Source: an uncultured candidatus Brocadiaceae bacterium (lineage in GTDB: Bacteria > Planctomycetota > UBA1135 > UBA2386). Taken from it: DNA of 64,000 nucleotides. The position numbers were made by a program, and so were the translations under genes. Location: assembly GCA_964565715.1 (NCBI GenBank), contig CAZMGG010000011.1, positions 121-64,120 of the forward strand, given 5' to 3'. Numbering within the stretch: the first letter of the stretch is position 1; each line of letters starts with the position of its first letter. Positions 54,551-61,698 of the stretch are shown in pieces. The notes under the pieces are model-generated. The model was given only the letters and a program-made list of their open reading frames with translations. It was not told the origin of the DNA and did no database searches.

Positions 54551-54642
54551 ACTGCCGATCCGGCGGACCCAGCAGCCCCCGCGCCCGCCACCCGGCTTTC
54601 CCCTGCGGCACCGCCGACCACCGGCGCTACCATGGCGCGCTG

Positions 54643-55614
54643 ATGCAGCCGGCCCGCCTCGAATCCCCGCCGCCCGTGCGCCGTCGCCGGCGCCTGCGCG
54701 ACCTCAAGCAGGTGCCCGTGCTGCCGTCGCTGGTGACGCTGGGCAACGTCTTCTTCGGCTTCCTGGCCATCCAGAAGGTCGCCGACGCCCTGCGGCAGGT
54801 GGGCCCCGGCACCAGCTTCCTCGACCCGACGGTGGTGTCGCTGTTCGAGGTGGCCGCGATCCTGGTGTTCGTGGCGATGGTGTTCGACGCGCTGGACGGC
54901 CGGATCGCGCGGATGACCAACCAGGCCACGCCGTTCGGGGCGCAGCTCGACAGCATGGCCGACATGGTCACCTTCGGGGTGGCGCCGGCGTTCATGGCCA
55001 AGGTGCTGATCGAGCTGCACGCCCATGGCGAGAACGCGCTGCTGCCGAGCCATCCGAAGCTGTACTACGTCGCGGCGGCGATCTACGTGCTGTCGGCGGC
55101 GCTACGGCTGGCGCGGTTCAACGTCGAGACCGGGTCCGGCGACGACGACCATCGCGAGTTCCGCGGGCTGCCGTCGCCGGCGGCGGCGGCGGTGGTGTGC
55201 TCGGTGATCGCGTTCCTGTGCACGCAGAAGGACGAGAAGCAGGTGCTGAGCCGGCTGCTGCTGTCGCCGCAGCACTTCGATTGGCTGGTGTACGGCCTGC
55301 CGGTGGGGCTGGCGGTGCTGGGGCTCCTGATGGTGAGCCGGGTGCCGTATCCGCACCTCGTCTACACGGTCGTGCGCGGCCGGCACAGCTTCCCGTTCCT
55401 GGCGAGTCTGGTGGTGCTGATCGGCATCGCCGCGCTGGAATGGCAGTTCGCGCTGTGTGCGGCGACGCTCGGCTACGTGCTGTGGGGGCTGCTGCTCGGG
55501 CTCTACCGGCTGGTGACCACGGGGCGGTTCGAGCATCGCGACGGCGGGCCGGGCGACGACGGCGGCGAGGATGACGACGAGGACGGGCTCGCCGGCCATC
55601 CGTCGCGGAACTGA
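54643..55614 (+). CDS. pssA: CDP-diacylglycerol--serine O-phosphatidyltransferase
   Basis: DALDGRIARMTNQATPFGAQLDSMADMVTFGVAPA is the CDP-alcohol phosphatidyltransferase motif D-x2-DG-x2-AR-x8-G-x3-D-x3-D. Its PssA-like context is ELDSxADxVTFGVAP. The protein is polytopic. Confidence 0.82.
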   Translation: MQPARLESPPPVRRRRRLRDLKQVPVLPSLVTLGNVFFGFLAIQKVADALRQVGPGTSFLDPTVVSLFEVAAILVFVAMVFDALDGRIARMTNQATPFGAQLDSMADMVTFGVAPAFMAKVLIELHAHGENALLPSHPKLYYVAAAIYVLSAALRLARFNVETGSGDDDHREFRGLPSPAAAAVVCSVIAFLCTQKDEKQVLSRLLLSPQHFDWLVYGLPVGLAVLGLLMVSRVPYPHLVYTVVRGRHSFPFLASLVVLIGIAALEWQFALCAATLGYVLWGLLLGLYRLVTTGRFEHRDGGPGDDGGEDDDEDGLAGHPSRN

Positions 55615-55628
55615 TCCAGGGCACGCGC

Positions 55629-56942
55629 ATGCAGCCTGTGTTGGCCTACCTCGGGCTCGGCAGCAACCAGGGCGACCGCCTGGCGCACCTGCAGCAAGCC
55701 GTCGCGGCGCTGCGGGCGACGCCCGGCGTGCGCGTGGACGCCGTGTCGCAGTGGCGGGAGACCGCGCCGGTGGGCGACGGGCCGCCGCAGGGACCGTTCC
55801 TGAACGGTGCCGTGCGGATCGTGACCTTGCTGCCGGCCGAGGCGCTGCTGGCGGTCGGCAAGGCCCTGGAGGCGGCGGCGGGGCGGAAGCTGCCGGCAGA
55901 GCGGCATGCGCCGCGGCAGCTCGACGTCGATGTGCTGCTCTACGGCGACCGGCGGATCGACACGCGCGAACTGGTGGTGCCGCACCCGCGCCTGCACGAA
56001 CGCGAGTTCGTGCTGGAGCCGCTGCGGGAACTGGGCGTCGACCCGGCGGCGGTGCCGCGGCACGAGCGGCCGGGGCTGTGTGAGGACCCCGTGCAATTCG
56101 CCGCGCGGTGCACGCAGTGGCAGGAGGGCGGCTGCGTCGTGGGCCTGGTGCCGACGATGGGGGCGCTGCACCGGGGCCATCGCTCGCTGCTGGAACGGGC
56201 GCGCGCAGAGTGCGACCGGGTGGCGGCGACGATCTTCGTCAACCCGCTGCAGTTCGGGCCGGGCGAGGACTTCGCCGTGTATCCGCGGACGCTCCCGACG
56301 GACCTGGAGCTGTGCCGGGCGGCCGGCGCCGACCTGGTGTTCGCGCCGAGCCCGGGCGCGATGTACGACCCGGACTTCTGCAGCCACGTGGCGGTGGGGG
56401 CGGTGGCGGAGGGCATGGAAGGCAGCGTCCGGCCCGGTCACTTCGGCGGCGTGGCGACGGTGGTGGCGCGGCTGTTCGCGCTGGCGCGGCCGCACCGCGC
56501 CTACTTCGGCCAGAAGGACGCGCAGCAGGTGGCGGTGATCCGGCGGATGACGCGGGACCTGGGCTTCCCGCTGCGGCTGGTGGAGTGTCCGACGGTGCGC
56601 GAGCCCGACGGGCTGGCGCTGAGTTCGCGCAACGTGTTCCTGGCGCCGGCGGACCGGGCGGCGGCTGTGGTGTTGAGCCGGGCGCTGCGGGCGGCGCGGG
56701 CGGCGTTCGGCGATGGCGAGCGGGAGGCTGGGCGGCTGCTGGCGGTGGCGCGGGCCGAACTCGACGCCGAGCCGCGCGCCTCGCTCGACTACCTGGAACT
56801 GCGGGCGGAGGACAGCCTGCTGCCGCTGCCGGCGGGGCCGGTGGCGGGCGGGCGGATGCTGGTGGCGGTGCGGTTCACCGGCGGCGAACGGCCGGTGCGG
56901 TTGATCGACAACCTGTCGCTGCAGGACGATCTTCCGGCATGA
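55629..56942 (+). CDS. bifunctional HPPK (FolK) / pantoate--beta-alanine ligase (PanC) fusion
   Basis: The N-terminal AYLGLGSNQGDR...LDVDVLLYGD...VPHPRLHEREFVLEPL is HPPK. The C-terminal GLVPTMGALHRGHRSLL...IFVNPLQFGPGEDF...GHFGGVATVV is PanC. Confidence 0.85.
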   Translation: MQPVLAYLGLGSNQGDRLAHLQQAVAALRATPGVRVDAVSQWRETAPVGDGPPQGPFLNGAVRIVTLLPAEALLAVGKALEAAAGRKLPAERHAPRQLDVDVLLYGDRRIDTRELVVPHPRLHEREFVLEPLRELGVDPAAVPRHERPGLCEDPVQFAARCTQWQEGGCVVGLVPTMGALHRGHRSLLERARAECDRVAATIFVNPLQFGPGEDFAVYPRTLPTDLELCRAAGADLVFAPSPGAMYDPDFCSHVAVGAVAEGMEGSVRPGHFGGVATVVARLFALARPHRAYFGQKDAQQVAVIRRMTRDLGFPLRLVECPTVREPDGLALSSRNVFLAPADRAAAVVLSRALRAARAAFGDGEREAGRLLAVARAELDAEPRASLDYLELRAEDSLLPLPAGPVAGGRMLVAVRFTGGERPVRLIDNLSLQDDLPA

Positions 56943-57862
56943 CGGTGCTGCATCTCGAGGCCCGGGCCAAGCTCAACCTGGTGCTGCGGATCGTCGGCCG
57001 GCGGCCCGATGGCTATCACCTGCTGGAGACGCTGTTCCACGAGATCGCGCTGTGCGACGACCTGTGGGCGGAACGGTGCGAAGGCGGCTCCACGATCGTG
57101 GTGCGCGGCGATGGCGGGCGGGCCGAGGCGCCCGCGGGGCCCGACAACCTGGTGCTGCGGGCTGGTGCGGCGTTCCTGCAGCGGGCGGGGCTCGGCGGCG
57201 GCGTGCGTTTCTGGCTGCAGAAGCGGATTCCGGCGGGCGCCGGGCTCGGCGGCGGCAGCAGCGATGCGGCGGCGGCCCTGCGGCTGTGCCAGGCGCTGAC
57301 CGGCCGGCCGCTGGACGAGGCGGTGCTGCGCGGCGTGGCGGCCGGGCTCGGCGCCGACGTGGCCTTCTTCCTGCGCGGCGGCTCGCAGTGGGGGCGCGGC
57401 AAAGGCGACCAGCTCACGGCGGCGCCGGACACGCCCCGGCGCCACTTCGTGCTGGTGGTGCCGCCCTTCGACTGCCCGACCGCTGCGGTCTACAGAAAGT
57501 TCGCGGAGTCGTGGAACGGGCCCGGGCCCGCGGCTATGGTCCCCGACGTAACGGTCCCTCCGAACGAGGATTCCGGCGAACATGGCCGGTTCATCAACCA
57601 CCTCGAATCAGCCGCGGAGCGCGTCCGTCCCGAACTCGCAGTGCTGCGGGCTCGCGTGGCGGAGAAGGGATATCCGTCGGTGCGCATGACGGGCAGTGGT
57701 TCCACCCTGTTCGTCGCCTGTGCCGACGCGGCGGGGGCGCAGCGCGCCGGTGCAGCGCTGCAGCCGCTTTGCGCCGAAGGCGTGCGGCTGATCCAGACCC
57801 GCTCGGCGGATCCCGGCCCGGAGCCGGTGGCCCGCCGACCGTGGTCGGGAGGAGCGACATGA
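56939..57862 (+). CDS. ispE: 4-diphosphocytidyl-2-C-methyl-D-erythritol kinase
   Basis: AKLNLVLRIVGRRPDGYHLLETLF and KRIPAGAGLGGGSSDAAAAL are GHMP kinase motifs. The ATG overlaps the panC stop (ATGA). Confidence 0.88.
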   Translation: MTVLHLEARAKLNLVLRIVGRRPDGYHLLETLFHEIALCDDLWAERCEGGSTIVVRGDGGRAEAPAGPDNLVLRAGAAFLQRAGLGGGVRFWLQKRIPAGAGLGGGSSDAAAALRLCQALTGRPLDEAVLRGVAAGLGADVAFFLRGGSQWGRGKGDQLTAAPDTPRRHFVLVVPPFDCPTAAVYRKFAESWNGPGPAAMVPDVTVPPNEDSGEHGRFINHLESAAERVRPELAVLRARVAEKGYPSVRMTGSGSTLFVACADAAGAQRAGAALQPLCAEGVRLIQTRSADPGPEPVARRPWSGGAT

Positions 57863-57946
57863 ACGGCGTCGTGGGCGGTTGCCCGCGGCGTCCGCGGTCC
57901 AGGGGGGACCGGTAACGACGCAGCAGGGCAGCAGGGAGGCAGCGAC

Positions 57947-58540
57947 ATGGGCGGCAGCGAACGAGTGGACAGGAGCGGGCAGGCCGGTGAAGGGCCGCGC
58001 CTGCCGATCACCGAGATCCGCATCAAGCTCTGCGACGATCCGCGCAACAAGCTGCGGGCGTTCTGCAGCGTCACCATCGGTGACGCCTTCGTCATCCGCG
58101 ACCTGAAGATCATCGACGGCACCAAGGGGCCGTTCGTGGCGATGCCGAGCCGCAAGCTCGCCGATCATTGCCCGAAGTGCAGCTACAAGAACCACCTGCG
58201 GGCGGCGTTCTGCAACCAGTGCGGTGGCCGCCTGGATCCGGGCCGGGCGCCGAAGGACGAGCGCGGCCGCGCCCGGCTGCACGCCGATCTGGCGCACCCG
58301 ATCAACAGCCCCACCCGCATCGAGCTGCACAAGGCGGTGGTGCGCGCCTATCACGACGAGCAGGAGTTGGCCAGCCGCTCGGACTACCGGCCGAAGAGCT
58401 TCGACGACTTCGACATGATCAGCGAGGCGGTCGACGACGAGTACCTGGTCGAACTGGAGCGCCGCCAGGAGGAACGCGAGCGGCGGCGGCAGTCGCCGTC
58501 CACCGGCGCCGGCGGGACGATGGCGGCGGGCGCCGAGTAG
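57947..58540 (+). CDS. spoVG: SpoVG family protein with inserted zinc-ribbon and acidic/basic C-terminal tail
   Basis: ITEIRIKL...[35 protein letters not shown] ... [19 protein letters not shown] is the SpoVG core. It is interrupted by [21 protein letters not shown] (CxxC-x12-CxxC). Confidence 0.82.
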   Translation: MGGSERVDRSGQAGEGPRLPITEIRIKLCDDPRNKLRAFCSVTIGDAFVIRDLKIIDGTKGPFVAMPSRKLADHCPKCSYKNHLRAAFCNQCGGRLDPGRAPKDERGRARLHADLAHPINSPTRIELHKAVVRAYHDEQELASRSDYRPKSFDDFDMISEAVDDEYLVELERRQEERERRRQSPSTGAGGTMAAGAE

Positions 58541-58579
58541 GCGCGGGGCGTCCAGCCCGGCGCCGGTTAGAACTTCGCC

Positions 58580-59443
58580 GTGTCCATCCGCATCGCCATC
58601 GTCGGGCCGGGCCGGGTCGGCTCGGCCCTCGGGCAGAAGTGGCACCGCGCCGGTGCCTCGCTGCTGGGCTTCGTCGGCCGGCGGCCCGAGACGGTGGCCT
58701 CGGCCCTGCAGTTCTGCGGCGCCGGCGCGGCGCTCGGCGTGCGTGATCTGGCCACGGCCCACGTCGTCGTCTTCGCGGTGGGCGACGAGGCGCTGCCGGC
58801 GGTGGTGCGGCAGGCCCTGGCGGCGCCGCCGCGGCCGTGCAGCCTGTGGCTGCACACCTCGGGCTGCCACGATCTCGACGTGCTGGCGCCCGCTGCCGGC
58901 GTGGCCCGCACCGGCATCCTGCACCCGGCGCTGCCGTTCCCCGATGCGACCGCGGGCCTGCAGGCCCTGGAGGGCGCGCCGGCGGTCCTGTCCGGCGGCC
59001 TGCGTTCGCTCCGCCTGCTGCAGCGCCTCGCCGAACTGCTCGGCATGCGGCCGCTGCTGGCCGGGCCCGGCGACCGCCGGCTCTATCACGCCGCCTGCGC
59101 GCTCGCCGCCAACGGCAGCACCGCCCTGTTCGCCCTGGCGGAGCGGGTGCTGGCGGCCCACGGCGGTCTCGGCGAAGGCGATCGCCGCGACCTGGTGGCG
59201 GCGCTGATGGGCGCGGCGGTGACGGGCAGCGGCCGCCGCGGGCCGGCCCTGGCCCTGTCCGGACCAGTGCTGCGCGGCGACGCCGCCACCGTCGCCCGGC
59301 ACCTGCACGGCCTGCGTGCCATCGGCGACGACGCCCTGCTCGGCTACCGCGGCCTGATGCTGGCGGCCCTTCGCCTCGCCGAGGAGCGCGGCCTCCCCGC
59401 CGACGCCGCCGAACGGGTCCGCCGGGCCCTGGAGGGCGCCTGA
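58580..59443 (+). CDS. Rossmann-fold NAD(P)-binding protein (DUF2520-like)
   Basis: IRIAIVGPGRVGSALG dinucleotide fold. The C-terminal half is helical. GTG start. Confidence 0.65.
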   Translation: MSIRIAIVGPGRVGSALGQKWHRAGASLLGFVGRRPETVASALQFCGAGAALGVRDLATAHVVVFAVGDEALPAVVRQALAAPPRPCSLWLHTSGCHDLDVLAPAAGVARTGILHPALPFPDATAGLQALEGAPAVLSGGLRSLRLLQRLAELLGMRPLLAGPGDRRLYHAACALAANGSTALFALAERVLAAHGGLGEGDRRDLVAALMGAAVTGSGRRGPALALSGPVLRGDAATVARHLHGLRAIGDDALLGYRGLMLAALRLAEERGLPADAAERVRRALEGA

Positions 59444-60936
59444 TGGCCGAGGTGGTGGTCAGCATCCACGCGCTCGGTCGCGAGCAGGCCCAGCGGGACG
59501 CGGCGCGGGCGGCGATGGCCGGCGCCGACTGGATCGAACTGCGCCTCGACCGCTGGCCGATGGACCAGGACCTGACCGCGCTGATCGAGGGCATCCGCCT
59601 GCCGGTGCTGGTGGCCTGCCGCACGCCCGAGGACGGCGGCGCCTTCCGCGGCGCGCTCGGCGAACGGCGCGAGCTGCTCACCGCCGCCCTGCACGCCGGC
59701 GCCCGCGGCCTCGACCTCGAGCAGTGGGAGAACTGGATGCCGTCGGTGGGCCGCGACCGGCTGAAGCTGCTGATCCGGTCGCACCACTGCCTCACCGGCG
59801 TGCCGAAGGACCTGCCGGCCATCCAGGACCGGCTGTTCGGCATGCAGTGCACCACGGCCAAGATCGCGGTGCTGGCCCACGACCTGGCCGACGCCGCGCC
59901 GGTGCTCGACCTGCTGGGCCAGACCGACCAGCGCAGCCGGCCGACCGCCGCCTTCGCCATGGGCCGCACCGCCTGGCCGGTCCGGGTGCTGGCCTGCGCG
60001 CTCGGTTCGCCCCTGGTCTACGCCTCGCTCGGGGACGGCGAGGAGACCGCGCCGGGCCAGGTGCCGGTTGACGAACTGCTGGGGCTCTACCGGGTGCATG
60101 CCCTGTCGGGCAGCACCCAGGTGTTCGGCCTGCTCGGCAACCCGGCCCTGCACTCGCTCGGACCCTGGCTGCACAACCGGGCCTTCCGCCGCCTGGGGCT
60201 CGACGCCGTCTACCTGCCGTTCGAGACCTCGCGGCCCGAGGCGGTCCTGGCCATGCTGCCGCGCCGGCAGCTCCGCGGCCTGTCGGTGACGGCGCCGCAC
60301 AAGCCGGCGCTGGCCGAGCAGTGCCACCGCCTCACCGCCGATGCGGCCGCCACCGCCGTGGTCAACACGGTGACCCTGGAGGCCCACGGCCTGCTGGTCG
60401 GTCACAACACCGACGTGGCCGGCGTCCTCGGCGCGCTGGGCCGGGCGGGACTCGCCGCCGTGGCGCCCGGTGGGCCACCGCCGAACGGCGTCGTGCTCGG
60501 CACCGGCGGCGCCGCCCGGGCCGCCGCCATCGCCCTGCACCGCCTCGGCCTGCGGGTCACCATGCTCGGCCGCAGCCTCGAGCCGGCGCGGGCGTTCGCC
60601 AGCCACCACGGCTTCGCGCTCGGCGCCCAGAACGAGCGCCTGCTGGCCGAACTGCGCCCCGCAGCGGTGGTCCACGCCACGCCGGTGGGCAGCCATGGCC
60701 GGGACCCCGACGAGCGCCTCGTCCCCGAGTGGCAGCCGCTGCCCGGCACCGTGGTGCTCGACATGGTCTACCGGCCCGCCGTCACCCGCCTGCTCCGCGA
60801 CGCGGCCGCCGCCGGCGCGGTGGCGGTGCCGGGCATCGAGATGTTCCTGACCCAGGCGCGCGCCCAGGTCCGCCTGTTCACCGGGCACGACCTGCCCGAG
60901 GAGGAACTGCGCCTGTTCCTGGCGGGCACCCGATGA
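59443..60936 (+). CDS. bifunctional type I 3-dehydroquinate dehydratase / shikimate dehydrogenase (AroD-AroE fusion)
   Basis: The N-terminal ...ADWIELRLDRW...PVLVACRTPEDGGAF...HAGARGLDLE...TAKIAV is type I DHQase. The C-terminal VFGLLGNPALHSLGPWLHNRAF..., LSVTAPHK, NTV and VLGTGGAARA is AroE. The ATG overlaps the previous stop. Confidence 0.85.
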   Translation: MAEVVVSIHALGREQAQRDAARAAMAGADWIELRLDRWPMDQDLTALIEGIRLPVLVACRTPEDGGAFRGALGERRELLTAALHAGARGLDLEQWENWMPSVGRDRLKLLIRSHHCLTGVPKDLPAIQDRLFGMQCTTAKIAVLAHDLADAAPVLDLLGQTDQRSRPTAAFAMGRTAWPVRVLACALGSPLVYASLGDGEETAPGQVPVDELLGLYRVHALSGSTQVFGLLGNPALHSLGPWLHNRAFRRLGLDAVYLPFETSRPEAVLAMLPRRQLRGLSVTAPHKPALAEQCHRLTADAAATAVVNTVTLEAHGLLVGHNTDVAGVLGALGRAGLAAVAPGGPPPNGVVLGTGGAARAAAIALHRLGLRVTMLGRSLEPARAFASHHGFALGAQNERLLAELRPAAVVHATPVGSHGRDPDERLVPEWQPLPGTVVLDMVYRPAVTRLLRDAAAAGAVAVPGIEMFLTQARAQVRLFTGHDLPEEELRLFLAGTR

Positions 60937-61469
60937 CCGGCGCCACCGCCGGGCCGCGCGCCATCGTCCTGCTCGGGCCCCGCGGTGCCGGCAAGACCAC
61001 GCTGGCGCCCCGGCTGGCCGCGGCGCTCGGCTGGACCTGGCAGGACGGCGACGCGCTGCTGGCCGAGGCGGTCGGCTGCCCGGCCCCGGAGTTCCTGCGG
61101 CGGCACGGCGAGGCGGCGTTCCGGGCCCGCGAGGCGGGGATCACCACCGCCGCCCTCGCCGCGGCCCGCGACACCGTCCTGGCGCTCGGCGGCGGCGCCG
61201 TCCTCCTGCCGGCGGTCCAGCAGGCCCTGCGCGCCCCGGACCTCCTGCCGATCCTGCTCCTGCCCGACCTGCCCACCCTGGTCCGGCGGCAGGCCGCCGC
61301 ACCCCGGCCGGCCCTGACCACGCTGCCGCTGGCCGAGGAGGTGGCGGCGCTGCTCGCCGAACGGCTGCCGCTCTACCGGTCGCTCGCCGCCATCACCCTC
61401 GACACCGGCGCCGAAGACCCGGAGTCCTGCGTGCGCCGCATCGTCGGGCGCCTGCGCGCCGGCCCCTGA
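60933..61469 (+). CDS. aroK: shikimate kinase
   Basis: IVLLGPRGAGKTTL Walker A. ...DGDALLAEAVG...FRAREA...LGGGAVL are shikimate kinase blocks. The ATG overlaps the aroDE stop. Confidence 0.85.
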   Translation: MTGATAGPRAIVLLGPRGAGKTTLAPRLAAALGWTWQDGDALLAEAVGCPAPEFLRRHGEAAFRAREAGITTAALAAARDTVLALGGGAVLLPAVQQALRAPDLLPILLLPDLPTLVRRQAAAPRPALTTLPLAEEVAALLAERLPLYRSLAAITLDTGAEDPESCVRRIVGRLRAGP

Positions 61470-61579
61470 TCGCCGGCTTCATTTCCGGCCGGCAAATGTC
61501 GATGCCGACCGGCGACGCGGAGCGGTAAGATCGGCGGCCGTTCGTGCTCGAAGCCGGGTGTGGGCAGGCCGCGCACAAG

Positions 61580-61660
61580 GTCGTCCGTTCCGTCGCGTCA
61601 GCCTTCTCGTCAGCCTTCTCGTCGGATCGTCGTCGGTCGTGTCGTCGTTCGTCGGTCGCT
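61580..61660 (+). repeat. A-poor GTC/TCG-rich low-complexity tract with a 12-nt tandem duplication
   Basis: gtcagccttctc occurs twice in tandem (61597-61620). It is followed by gtcggatcgtcgtcggtcgtgtcgtcgttcgtcggtcgc. The tract lies in the 229-nt gap between aroK and the next gene. Confidence 0.6.
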
Positions 61661-61698
61661 GCATCACTCGGAGTCCGGGAGCGCTCTGTCGGCCCTTC

